Source: Hypanus sabinus
Lineage: Eukaryota
Assembly: GCF_030144855.1 (NCBI RefSeq)
Contig: NC_082722.1
Coordinates: 26,412,001 to 26,476,000, forward strand
Direction of reading: 5' to 3'
Length of the DNA: 64,000 nucleotides
Part shown: positions 47,490 through 60,499 of the stretch, in pieces
Layout of the letters: every line of letters begins with the position of its first letter
How positions within the stretch are numbered: the first letter of the stretch is position 1
Position numbers and translations under genes: made by a program
The notes under the pieces: model-generated
What the model saw: the letters and a program-made list of their open reading frames with translations, nothing else
The model's database searches: none
Told to the model about the DNA's origin: nothing

Positions 47490-48830
47490 ATACGAGTATG
47501 AAAAATCTGAGCAGAATTAGGACATTCCGCCCATTAAATCTGCTCCGCCATTTCATCATGAGCGATCCAATTTTCCACTCAGCCCCAATTTCCTGCCTTT
47601 CTTCGTATCTCTTCATGCTATGACCAATCAAGAACATTTCAACTTTTCCCTTAAGCATACCTGTACATAAAGAAGTCGAGTCCACAGTTGCCTGTGGCAA
47701 CAAATTCCACAGAGTCGCCGTTCTCCAGCTAAATGTATTCCTCCTCATCTCCATTCAAAAACTACACCCATTATTTCTAAGGCTTCTGGTCTTAGACACT
47801 GCCACCATGGGAAACATTCTCTCCACATCCAGACTATCAGGGCCTTTCATCGTCCGATAGTTTTCAATTCGGTCACTCTTTATTCATTGGATTCCACTGA
47901 ATACAGGCCCAGAATCTTCAAAAAGCCCTCATATGACAGGCCATTCAATTCTGGAATCATTTTGTGAACCTCCTTTGAACACTCTCCAGTTTCAGCACAT
48001 CCTTTTCAAGATATGAGGTGTAAAACTGCTCACAATATGCAAAGTGAAGCCTCACCAGTGCTTGATAAAGTCTTAACATTACATTATTGCTTTTTCATTC
48101 TTGTCATCTTGAAGTGAATGCTAATATCACATTTGCCTTCCTCATCACAGACTCAACCTGCAAATAACCATACACCTCCCGACACTGCATGCCATCTACC
48201 AGTACTTTGTCCATTTTCCAAACCTGTCTAAATCATACTGTAGCTTCGCTACTTCCTCAAAGCCACCCGCTCTCCACCTATTTTCGTAACGTCTAGAATA
48301 TTTGCAACTAAGCCATCAATTCCATTATCGAAATCATTGGCATATAATGTAAAAAAGAATCCACCCAACCCAGACTTCTGTGGCACACCACTTTTCACCC
48401 GCAGCCAACTAGAAAAGGCTTTCTTTATTCACACTCTTTGCCTTCGACCAATCAGCCACTGCCTTATCCATACTCGTACTATATATTTCTTGTAACTTCA
48501 TGTGTTCGTAGATTGCAGCCTCTTGTGTGGCACCTTCAGAAAGTCCAAATACACAACATCAACCGATTCTCTTTTGTCTATCTTGCTTGTTATTTCTTCA
48601 AACAGTTCCCCTAGTTTCATCAAGCATGATTTTCCTTTGAGTAAACCATGCTAACTACGGCCTGTTTTATGATGTGTTTCCAAGTAAACCGGAACCACAT
48701 CCTTAACAGTCGGATCCAATATGTTCCCCACCACTGACGTCAGACTGGCTGATCTATAATTTGCTTTCTTCTGCCTCTCACCTTTCCTGAAGAGTGTGGT
48801 GACTGGATGAATTGACATAACAGAACACAA
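47490..48830 (-). mobile_element. CR1 LINE 3' fragment, degenerate
   Basis: Antisense EMRRNTFSWRTATLWNLLPQ...; antisense RT motifs (tccaaatacacaacatcaacc; aaaccatgct.actacggcc). Confidence 0.8.
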
Positions 48831-50719
48831 GCCAGTTGAAAGAAAAGGGTGAATGTTATTCCTTCTTTTATAAGGGGTAACCAGAGGAGTCCTTCATCTG
48901 GTGACTCTATGACTCCAAAACAGAACTAGGTCTCGATACTGTGTATAAACCAAGGACAATATCTAACTTGACCTTGCAAGAGGAAGATGACTTTCAGTCA
49001 ACAGTATTGTCCTACAGACCTTGGTGTGCAGAAGAAGATGGTACTCGTGAACAAAGCAATTAAAATCAGCATTCTTTAGACGGCTCACAAAGGCACTTCT
49101 TTCACTTCTTTCGAATATAATTCTGCTCCTGTTGAAGTCTGTAATTTACAGTTCGTTGATGTGTTTTTTGGTGGATGGAGCGATCTGGTGCTGTGCTGTC
49201 TCAGACAGAGTTGATGAGATTTTGATGAAATGGTACCCAGCCTGGAGGACTAGAAGCCTACAAAGTTGTAAACCTGAATAGCATTCAGATTTCAGACAGT
49301 AAACTAAAAGAATCAAAAATCAATTAATTGCATGGGAATGTGCATGGGAGATAATTTATTTTAGAATATTTATGTGTAACATGATAAAACAATTTTAGGT
49401 TAGCATTTCCAAAGGGGGTGCATCTAAAAAAAGTTGTAATTTGAAATTTATTCTACATGGTTTTATTTAGTATCGAATGGCTGAAAGTGAAGATTCTTGC
49501 AGTGAACAAACGCAGGCATTTGGAGCCTGACTGAATTGGAATAGAACTTTTCTATTCCAGAAAGGCCATCTGATTAATGTGTTTGATCTTTTTCACTTAA
49601 CATTTTTTGAAATCCTGTAACTTTAAGGAAAATTTCCAAACATTGTCTTCTGACATAACTATAAGAACAAGCTAATCCTCTTACTTTTACAATCTGACCA
49701 TGTAGTATCAATCAATTTAAGGGATATGTTTGTCAAAACGTGGCCATATAGCATCACCTTCGTTTGTTCATATCTGACCTTATTCCAAAAATTTGATGAT
49801 GTTATTTGTCCAAAACGCAAGTCTGGCCACGCAACATGTATGCTGAAGAGCCGTTTTATTGTAGCAACTGAGATTTCTGATAAAACACATCAGTGGCTAG
49901 CTTGGCATCTTCCACTTTGACAGATTCTCGGCTTGGTATTTTAGCTGAAATAATTAAAGAATACCAATGAAGTGGTGGAGCTGAGTGATAATGGGGCAAA
50001 ACGACGACTCGTTTTTTTGCATCATCCGAAACTGGTTATTTCTATCTTTGATATCTCTTTTATTTCCCTGTCAAGGTTGTTTTGAAGACCCTGACCAGGA
50101 GTTCCACTCTGACTTCGATTCCTTGCTGGAATGCAACCTGCTCGGAGCGCCTCTCCACCGGGCACTCTTTTATATGCCAAGGACATGGCCTGGAAGGCAA
50201 GCGCCTTCAATCTGTTGGATTTTCATGGCGCTGGCCGTGGGGGTCTGATTCAAAGCTTGGAAATTTTACAGTTAATTCCCATCACCAAATCATTAGCATA
50301 CGCTGTGAATAACTAGGAAACATTTTGTCTGTTTATTGTTTTACAAGCTACTTTGTGTTCTTTCATTTCTCTCAAGGCGTCAATGGAAAAATTGTGCAAG
50401 CATGTCTAGAGAAAAATGGATAAGGAGAGAAAATTATTTAAATTCAAAAGGGGTAAGTGGACAGCAGATCCATTCTATTCAACAAAGAAGGAAATGATAT
50501 TAACATAATTTTAATGTTCTCTAACGATGAAGCTGCTTAAGGTATGTGTTCCAAAGAAATTTTAAAGTTTTGGGCAATTTGCCAATAATAGTTTGAAAAT
50601 TAATCAATATCCAAATTTCATGCCAAATATTAAGCTCTTAGGGGTTCATATTTGCTGCCTTTTCCTAGTTTCTCATAGGTGAAATATGTGTCTACTACAT
50701 CCATCCATGAAAACAAGAA

Positions 50720-51320
50720 CGAGTAAAAAGAGGATGTTTGTATTGTTCAGAATCTCTTGTCAAAACTACTTGAACGACACGCCATTGGGAAGCTGAACCA
50801 CATTGTAAGGTTGGATTCTTTAAACAAAGCTCATTGACAGGAGATGTACAGCGTTTTGTTCTATGGAATAGTGGTATTGAAAGAAGATTACCTTACATTA
50901 CTGAGGCCAGGATTGACACCTTACACTCTAACCACCACGAGGCGGTTACCCTCCACTGCTGAACAACATCAAAGCTGAACTTCAGAGAGTGAATGTAGCT
51001 GGCATCATAAATTGAGTGAATGGATCTACCAGTTGGTGTGCGGGCACTGTTCCTGTTCCAAGCCAGAAGACACAGTAAGGGTCTGTATTGATCTAACAAA
51101 ATTGAATAATGTAGTGAGGCGGTAGAAGTTTATGCTTCCCATAGTGGACTCTATGCCATGAACATTCCCTTTTAGCAACTCATCAGATTCCGAATTCTTT
51201 CAGATGAGTATTAAGCAAATTATGGAGGGATTCAAAGGAGCAATCTGCCACGTGCAGTCTGCTGCAGAGATGGTGATCAGAATTTATATATAGGGAATAA
51301 AACAGATCATTAGTGACACA
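50720..51320 (+). mobile_element. Gypsy RT remnant
   Basis: Translates with breaks as ELQRVNVAGII...SWCAGTVPVP...VRVCIDLTKLNNVVRR.KFMLP (WCAxxVPV / RxCxDLxxLN RT motifs). Confidence 0.7.
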
Positions 51321-52089
51321 GCTGGGCAACACCACAAGATGAAACTTCCTCCAAACTAGCGATAGTGCGAGTAGACCGTACTCTTAAATAAAAGATGTCA
51401 GACGGTAACCCGAGCTATTCGAAATAAACGTAACAAGGCAATATAAACAATTAACGAATCTCGTTAAACAGTAATTAGCCATTTCAGGTGCTCTTCAAAC
51501 CTGGTAACCCAATGGTCTGCATGCACAGGCCAAGAGAGCCATTGCAAGTCCAAAGCTACTGTATATATCTCTTCCTGTCATATGACTGGTTGAAGAGTTT
51601 AAACCTCAAAAGTTCGAAGTCGAAAGTAATTTTACTTTCAAAGTATGTTTACTGTATATCACCATATACAACCTTGAGATTCATTTCCTTGGCGGCATTC
51701 ACAGGAGAACAGGGAGATACAATGAAATCAATGAAAACTGCACAAAATATTGACAGGTAACCAATATTCAATATAATATAATTAAAAATAAAAACAAATA
51801 AATAGTAAATTAATCGATAGGCTCAATTTGTAACTATACATGAGTGCTTTTGAGTTTGACTACTTTAACTGCCTTTAGGGACAACAATGCTCAAATACAA
51901 AAGAAAAGAAAGAAATACATTATGGTTATGCATTTATATATACATTATGTATTTTGAGCAATCTACAAATGGAAAACAAAACTCTGGTCGTTAACTATCG
52001 ATTCGACGGATTTTTTACGATTTTATAATCCCTTCAAAGACTTTTCATAAGAAAGTTTAATTGGTTTAATGACGCTTCGAAGTTCTGAG

Positions 52090-53150
52090 GTGACCATAAA
52101 AACATGAGAACAGAGGAAGTATTGAGAAATTTAGATAATCAATTCTGGTCCGCCCTTGAATCCAGGTAGACTTTTTAAAAATCCCATTCTCCCGTCTTCT
52201 CCTTGTAATCTTAAATTGCCTTACAAATCAACAACATTTCAATATCTGCCTTAATACGCCAAGTCCCGTGGCCTCCACAGCCGTCTCCGGCATCGGATTC
52301 TACAGATTCAACATCTTCTGCCGGAGAAATAGTTGCTTTTTTTGAAGGAATATCCCTTCAATGTGCACATGTAACCTTTGATCCTAGGAGCTGCTACAAG
52401 AGGGAAATTCCTCACCGTGCCAAATCTCCATGGCCTTTTCAGTATATGACACGTTTCATATACTTGGACCCCCTCCCACTTCATATGAAGAGCGCTTGAT
52501 GCCTCTGCGCCAGCATTAACTAGAATTCAAAAGGGTGAGGGTTACTTTACTGAAACTTCTCAGATAGTGAAAGGTCTTAATAGAGCAGCTATGGAGAGGA
52601 TATCTTCTATGATGGGAGAATCTACAATTAAAGGACACAGCCTCAGCAAAGAGGGGCGTCCTTTAGAATGGAGACGAGGGAGAACTTCCTTCAGCCAGAG
52701 TATGGTGAATCTGGGGTATTATTGTGCTTAGACTGCTGTGAAGGAGAAGTCTTTATGTATATTTAAAGTACTAGTTGATAGATTCTTAAATAGTCAGGTC
52801 ATGAAGGATACGGGTTGAAGGCAGAAGACTGGAACTCAAAGCAAAATCAAATGACCCTTGAGGAAATAGCAGAGCAGGCTCAATCAGCCAAATGGCCTAA
52901 TTCAGCCCGTCTGTCTTATGGTTTTATGATCTTATGAACTCTCACCACTTCAGGTACAGTGACATCCAACGCCATCGTTGTTAATCGTTTTGTTTTGGGG
53001 ATCATTTTCGCGCAGCTGTTCTGGACCCTCTCCAGGCCCAGGACATATTTCATTCTATATCGATCAAAATAGCTCACAATATTACAGATGTGGACTGATG
53101 AACACCTGATAAAGTGTCAGTAGAGAACTTGCATTTAACAGGCTACTTTG
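52090..53150. mobile_element. Cluster of short CR1 3' fragments on both strands
   Basis: + strand tail ctgtcttatggttttatgatcttatg at about 52915; antisense pieces at 52090-52480 and 52940-53150. Confidence 0.55.
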
Positions 53151-53564
53151 CTAATTTAAAATTTTAGGTAAGGCATCATAATCACTAATTTAGTGGGGAC
53201 GATACCTGCATAGGAAATAGAAAGGTATTATCATCTATTAAATCCTATTAATGCTCTTATCGCCAAGATTTAACAGTATTTGTCGAGCAGAAGGAGATGA
53301 TGCACACCATTTTTAATTCGGCTAAAGATAAATCACAGTTTAGTTCAATTTGAGAGGTAGACTGGATTATACAGCATGGAATTTATGTTCAATCCTTGTA
53401 AAACATCCTTTTGAAATTCGATAGACTCCAGCAGAGAGAATATGCGGTGAATACCACGCACCATGTTTTATTCACAGATCACGTGCAAATATATTTGTAA
53501 GGAAATTATGTAAAAAGCAGACTTATTTTCAGACAAATTAGTGTGATTTCAAAATTATGGGCAC

Positions 53565-53865
53565 CACTCTAGCATAACAGCGCGACATTGTCATATTTCG
53601 GGGCGTTCTGAAGTGTGGAGTACAATTCTGGCGCCATTTGTAAGGAATTTGAAATTTATCTTCTTGAACCGCGTGAGCTTCCTCCGTGTTCCTCTGTTTT
53701 CGCCCACAGTCAGAGAACGTACCGGTTAATAGCACAACGCATCATTGTTCCGTGGTTAGACTGGATTTAACTAAGTGGGTTGCTGGCTGTGCTGCTCATT
53801 GGAGAGGGGGGTCTGTTCTGCGCTGAATCTCTCAGCAAATAAACTAAATATTAAACAAAACTAAA
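53565..53865 (+). mobile_element. tRNA-derived V-SINE-like element
   Basis: tgtaaggaatttg...accgcgtgagcttcctccgtgttcctctgttttcgcccacagtc...acgtaccggtt (V-domain-like core) with an aaataaactaaa tail. Confidence 0.7.
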
Positions 53866-54499
53866 CAGTGCTGCATGTCTCAGTATATCCATTTCTATCT
53901 TTATCATGGTACAAAAGATATTCACCGAGATAATAGGCTGTTACATGGTTCACCGGAACGAATTGGCGAATACTTATAAATCAATCGTACGTATCGTGGG
54001 AGGAGGCACACAAAAACATTGAAGACAGAATTGCTGTGTAATCCAAACTTCGTAACAAGCTACACAAGAGAAAATCTGAGCAGGCAAGTTAACAACCTTG
54101 GAACAATCTGTTGGATGTTATTCCACTCAACATTGTTTTTGATTTCATATCATCTAACTGGATGAACTGTGGCTCTGGTCTGAAAATATATTTCCAGGAT
54201 TACGTCCCTTACATTAAACCTGAGATGATTTGCGCCTCTGTTAACTTGTTGATACTAAATGCTAGTCAACGTAAATGACAATCGCCCAGTTACCTTTAAA
54301 TCTAAATAGTCTTTCTAAGATATAAATTCACGTTTTGTTGTGTACTGTGCTATTCTTAACAGAGTGAATTTTAACTCAATATTGCGGCTACCAAAATTGC
54401 TGTCCCTTAGATCATTCAGGAGGAACACTTCAAGACAGGAGATGCAGCTATTACGTGAAAATATCCAGACAAATTATCACCGAGTAAATTAACTTTATT

Positions 54500-55445
54500 T
54501 AGATGAAGACATTGAGAATAACATCAGCAAGTTTGCTGATGATACTGAGCTGGGTGGCAGTGTGACAAATGATGAGGATGTTAGGAGAGTGCAGGGTGAC
54601 TTGGATAGGCTGAGTGAATGGGCAGATACTTGGCTGATGACGTTTAATGTGTATAAGTGTGAGGTTATCCACTTTGGGAGTAAGAACAGGAAGGCAGATT
54701 ATTATCTGAACGCTGTCGAGTTAGGTAAGGGAGAAATACAAAGAGATCTAGGAGTCCTTGTTCATCAGTCACTGAAGGTGAATGAGCAAGTGCAGCAGGC
54801 ATTGAAGAAGGCTAATGGAATGTTGGCTTTTATTACAAAGGGAATTGAGTACAAGAGCAGGGAAATCCATTCGCATTTGTACACGGTCCTGGTGAGACCA
54901 CAGCTCGAATATTGTGTACAGTTTTGGTCTCCAGGGTTAAGGAAGGACATCCTGGCTATAGAGGAAGTGCAGCGTAGATTCACGAGGTTAATTCCTGGGA
55001 TGTCCGGGCTGTCTTACGCAGAGTTGTTAGAGAGACTGGGCTTGTACACGCTGGAATTAAGGAGATTGAGAGGGGATCTGATTGCAGCATATAAGACTAT
55101 TAAAGGATTGGACAAGATAGAGGCAGGAACTATGTTCCAGCTGCTGGGAGAGTCCAGTACCAGAGGGCATGGTTTGAGAATAAGGGGTAGGTCATTTAGG
55201 ACAGAGTTAAGGAAAAACTTCTTCCCCCAGAGAGTTGTGGTGGTCTGGAATGCACTGCCTCAGAAGGCAGTGGAGGCCAGTTCTCTGGATGCTTTCAAGA
55301 AGGAGCTAGATAGGTATCTTATGGATAGGGGAATCAAGGGATATGGGGACAAGGCAGGAACCGGGTATTGATAGCAGATGATCAGCCATAATCCCAGAAT
55401 GGCGGTGCAGGCCCGAAGAGCCGAATGGTCTACTTTTGCACCTAT
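54500..55445 (+). mobile_element. Young CR1 3' fragment with an uninterrupted 269-aa ORF2 C-terminus (54562-55371)
   Basis: SKFADDTELGG...VQGDLDRLSEWA...LVRPQLEYCVQFWSP...RRLRGDLI...RKNFFPQRVV; no stops; CR1-type 3' end. Confidence 0.92.
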
Positions 55446-56329
55446 TGTCTATTGTATATAACTGTTTCAAAGGGAGTACTTAACTTATGGAAGATGGGTG
55501 TGCACAGTTACCTGATACCATGTTTGGAGAAGCAGTAGCAAGAACAGTGAGCTCATGTAAGCTTTCCAGCGATGTTCAAGCAACGATTTGAAGGAATTTT
55601 CCCTAAAGATCGGATGCTAACGGGGAATAAAATTGAACAGTCAGTAGCAAGGCTGTAGAGCACTGCAATGGCAACGTCAATTATTCGACGGAAGCATCCC
55701 TGATCACTCGGCGCGGGATATCTGGCTATTCACATGAATTGGCAACTATGGTTCTTATATAATTCTGATAACATTAATATTAATACCCATTAACGCATAC
55801 TTCTTGCATTATATCTTGGGTCAAATCCCATCTCGAAAATTTACAAGGAAATGTGAGAACTAAAATTTTAAATTTGAGAAAACACAATGTACACTCAATG
55901 AGCTTAGATTAACACTACTTAGGACAGAAGGGAGTGGATAATAAAATTCATACAACAGTCAGATGAAACTTGTAAGGATTTATTTTCATCAATGAAAACA
56001 GGATTCAGCACTTCAGGTGAGAATGTGCAATTCTGATAAGAATAACACAAATCTAAACTGAAATTAGAGCACAAAACATAAAAATAAAGAAACTATCACT
56101 ATAGAAGAAAAAAAAACAATGGAATAATACGACCGTACTTGGAAGGCATCCCCAAGGAGGAGATTAGTTGTCGTCAAGGTAACGTCGAATGCCTGGCTCA
56201 GAGTTGGAGACATCTTCCCAGAAACAAAGGGGCTCCTCGTGACAATACATGACCCGATGATTAACACAAAGAATTATCAAAAAACACAGAATTAAAACCC
56301 CGCCAAATGTTAGACTATGCATGCAGAAA

Positions 56330-56906
56330 GGCCAAGGGAAGCCCGAAAATATCCAGCACTTTACAGGACCGGGCAACATTTGAAGTCAATCCGTTTACTT
56401 ACAGAGGCACAATTAAGTGGCAAACATTCCTTACCAAAATCCTGCTTTAAATTTAAACTCATAAATGGAACCATATCTTGCGATAAGTGCGTGTCTGGTT
56501 CAGTTTGCCAATCAAAGAGTCTCACAAGCTATATTACAATTAATCCATTCTGACAGATAGGACGATTTATAATATCCTTCCGCGTTTAAATATTACAGGA
56601 CAAACAAGGGAAAGGAACTTATTTAATAGATATAGCGAGTGCAAGTACACACAGTATACAGAAATCAATGAGTGAAAACCACCAAAAATTAAAAGAGAAA
56701 ATTGAAAGACTATGGAACATGAACAGGGTATACTTTGTTCCAATAGTGTTATCTACAACTGATATCATCCCAAAGTACACAAAAACATTAAACAATTAGG
56801 TCTACACATCAGGATTTATAGAAATCTCCAGAAAGCCTCATTGCTAAACATCATTCTGAATGTTGCTAGCACCTAAGAAATTATCTTGTTTGGCTGTGCT
56901 CGTAAC
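56330..56906 (+). mobile_element. R4/Dong-like (restriction-like endonuclease) non-LTR retrotransposon 3' remnant
   Basis: Across frameshifts it reads HKLYYN*SILTDRTIYN...ILQDKQGKGTYLIDIAS...QKSMSENHQKLKEKIERLWNMNRVYFVPIV (RPD..IDI..K..KY RLE motif). Confidence 0.7.
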
Positions 56907-57057
56907 NNNNNNNNNNNNNNNNNNNNNNNNNNNNNNNNNNNNNNNNNNNNNNNNNNNNNNNNNNNNNNNNNNNNNNNNNNNNNNNNNNNNNNNNNNNNNN
57001 NNNNNNNNNNNNNNNNNNNNNNNNNNNNNNNNNNNNNNNNNNNNNNNNNNNNNNNNN
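56907..57057. other. Assembly gap (151 N)
   Basis: Run of N. Confidence 1.
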
Positions 57058-58429
57058 CTTGGGGATTGTATATTTGAAGCACTGGGGCAGCTGAATACGG
57101 GTAGTTTCTAAGCACTGGCGAATAGATCTCGAGGGCATGCCCCGTACTATATCACCTCATTTTGGGGTAACGTAAGTTTATGCAAGAAGCGTGTTAAGTG
57201 TATAGTCAACAATGGGTGCATTAGTATGAAGACGGTACTGTTTCAGAAATCTAGATGAGGGAACATGCTGTGTCCGAGCAAGCAAAGCATCTTTATAATT
57301 CATAACATTTTGTGTCACCGTTACTATGAATATGCGATGATAGTTCGACTTTCTTGGCTATTGTTCTGGTAAGGGAATCGGATTGAACAGTTTCAAGCAG
57401 AGTATTGCAGTCCGAGTAGGTGCAGAAGAAATGTCTGCCTTTGTGCTTCTCTGTGCACTCCTGGACGAGAGGACGTTACTATGGGACTGTATATGCGTGC
57501 CAATCTGGATGACTAACTGTTGGTCTACATCACTGAATAACTGCATTGTGAATTGTGTATACCACCGGTTTATCTGGAATCCCCGCGATCATCGACCCAC
57601 TCTGCCATTTAGTGAAACAAAACACCTATTTTATAACTGTCATTCATCCTTTCAAATATCTCTGTGCTTTTGTCACTCCTGATTCTATCTCTTTTTCAGG
57701 CATAAAACTAAAAGTATGCCTATGCTGATTTGCGGTGTACTCCATCCCCCACCCCGCAATGATCATCTCTTTTCCACGGCGAACAATGCCGAACCTTAAC
57801 TCTGAACTTTACAGTTATTCTTCTCTTTTGTTCAGAACGTGTTTGTTTTTTTTTGCTGTGCTTCATCAAGATATGATAACGATTTACAAATATATCTAAA
57901 TAAACGTCACTCCGCATATATGAACCCTATTGTGCAATATTGTGTGCAGGTGTACTTGTGGTTTCCTTTGTTGTGACGTGATGGAAATGTAAACTATTTG
58001 TCGAAAGAGACACATATTCTGCATGTGAAAAGCGATATCAAATCCGCAAATGCGAACTTCACTACCGTTTCAATGACAAGATGCACCAATTGCAGATATA
58101 TTTGTCAAAGGAGACAGCACACACAGCAAAGTAACTGCACTCACGGTTAGCTGGTGACAAAATGGAAACTCCATGCGGTCAGAAGTTTCACAGCCTCAGG
58201 CGAGTAAGTGGCAAATTCCCACGTTATCACGTTTAACGTTTAAATGAAGAGTAAGGAAGTTAATTTAAGCAAATTACTTGTGAAGCTATTTCTGAAAATG
58301 CCACGATAGATTCAAAAACAACACGTATATCAGCCATTTTTATATCAGTTAAAAACTGGTTTGAAATATTCGACTATTTCTCTAAGAACATAGAATAATT
58401 TCAATTTGCATTTTTAGGCAGGATAAAAT

Positions 58430-58570
58430 TTATAAACACAAGATATTCTGCTACCTCTGAAAATCCAGAGCTACAGTACACCAAATGCTGAAGGAAGTCA
58501 ATACTTTAGGTAGCATCTATGGAATTGAATAAACAGTCGACTTTTCGGACTGAGATCCTGCTTCAGAACT
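58430..58570 (-). mobile_element. PLE-type terminal motif fragment
   Basis: Reverse complement reads ctgaagcaggatctcagtccgaaaagtcgactgtttattc...gatgctacc...ttccttcagcatttggtgt. Confidence 0.55.
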
Positions 58571-60499
58571 CGAGTAGACAAAATAAACTCAATACCGGGA
58601 GAAAAACTCCCTTTAATCCGCCGATCAAATGTGCGATGAAAACGCCCATTTGGAAAAAATAATGTCGATTATTTTCAGCTAAGGCAGTTGCCTCTCAGAA
58701 TTTGGGTGATATCACTTAAGGTTAACATAAGATACCGAGAACAACGAATTGCCAAGCAGAATGTATGCACAAATCCTAAAAAATGCTAGAGAAGTATTGT
58801 TTAGATACAGTATGCATATTATTTTCTGTCCGATCAAGTTCTCAGAATGCTGAATGGTGAATAAAATGTTTTTTACCGTGTTGTCATGTGTGTACTAATA
58901 AGAGCAGAGATCTGGAACGAGGATAAAAGTTTTGAAATCTTTCACTTTAAATACGGAAGAAATATTCGCAATCCGAGTTAAAACAAATGATATCTTGAAA
59001 TATGTGGAGCCATACATTTTATGATTGTCCATTTATATAATACGGCATCGTCGAAGCGTATAAGAATTGTTCCACAGCAGAGTCGATTAATAAAATGAAA
59101 ATTGAAGATAATTTTTGAATTGAATGTTGAAGTGCTTCGAGCGTGAAGACTCGAGAGATGCGATTCAGGATAAAATATTCATATTGTACTAATGGGCTAA
59201 TTGGCGACCATTTGAAGGTTTCTTCTAGGACCACGAACCTAGACCACGTTTATAAATGACAAATGCAAAGAAACACGGCAGTAAAAATACCTTGTGTTAG
59301 TTGGTGAGCGTGAGTTGAGCGTGGATGGAAGCAAATGCCTTAGAAGTTGCAAATTTAGTGTCCACACCAACTCAGGCTGTAACTGTGGAAAATGCCAGAT
59401 TAAATATTTCCGGGTTATTGCGTGGTGAAAGCTCCCGAAACTACTTTTCTCTCGAGAGACAGTGGCAAACTAATCGGGTATTTCCAAAACCGTCTACATA
59501 TAATTTTCTTCCGAGTTTTTCGATTTGTGTTGATTCTGTGTTGAGTTTTAACCGAACAGAAACTATTAGTAATCTTGGTAAGATATCAGAACAATGCTAC
59601 CTGTAGCAACTCTCTGTATTGGAGATCATGGAATATTTGGAAAATACTATAAGATGAAGCCATGTATATTATAAGAGTATACCATTCCATTTTAAGTTGA
59701 TATCCATGCGTTTAGGGTTCATAAATGACCTGCACATATAAAACGGAGAAGTAACTTAAGAAACAATTACTAATCATACCCAGATTCACAAAATATTTCT
59801 TCTTAACGTATTTAAATCATTTATAATGTTTCAAGTATGCAAATATCAATTATTTAAATAATAACAAATATGTAAAACATATGTCAAATTTCAAACAGTT
59901 CTAAAGGGGAAAGCAGGCCAGGGATGAAAATTAGAAGGTTTAATTTCTATGTTCCTTACTGTCTAATTTCCTGGCTGGACAGTGAAGTGAAGATGAAGAA
60001 CCTCGGCCCCAGACGTCTACTGTATATTTCCCTGGCGCGCTGGCGTGCTGGAGTTCCGCCAACGCTTATTTTGTTGTTCCATGTTCCAGTACCGGAAAAT
60101 TCTTGTCTCCACTTTATTGTCAAATGGATCGTTTTTGGAAAGTACTGCCGTGACATTTACGTTATGTTTTGTGTTCAGCCAAGCTTCATTATTTGTAGTT
60201 GTCAAATTATATAGATGTTTGCGGGAATGTTTCACAACCACAGATTTTTATCGAACATTTCAAATGTCAGGAAATCCTTCATATTTTTGGCGTATCGGCG
60301 TGTACGCAAGCAATTAAAGCAGAGCTAATAGTCAAAATACTTTGGTTCACAAATAAAAACAATCGAGGTGACTTTCCTTCAGCAAACAAAATCTAAAGAG
60401 CTGTGATCTCAGCTTACGTGCATACTACAAAAGTTCATGCAAAATACTAGTCTTTATGTTACTTTCAAACTTAACAGTCAAGCTTGTATGGGGGGGGGG

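Noticed and set aside
54562-55371. Longest ORF (269 aa) as a host gene
   Set aside because: It is the C-terminal part of CR1 ORF2, 5'-truncated and followed by the LINE 3' end.
55959-56675. Apparent terminal exons with TIYNIL and TQYTEI (ITSM-like) and compatible splice phases
   Set aside because: The same bases read in another frame as TDRTI…ILQDKQ…YLIDIA…KLKEKIERLW, the endonuclease of an R4/Dong-like retrotransposon. The motifs are a frameshift coincidence unless exonisation is shown by cDNA.
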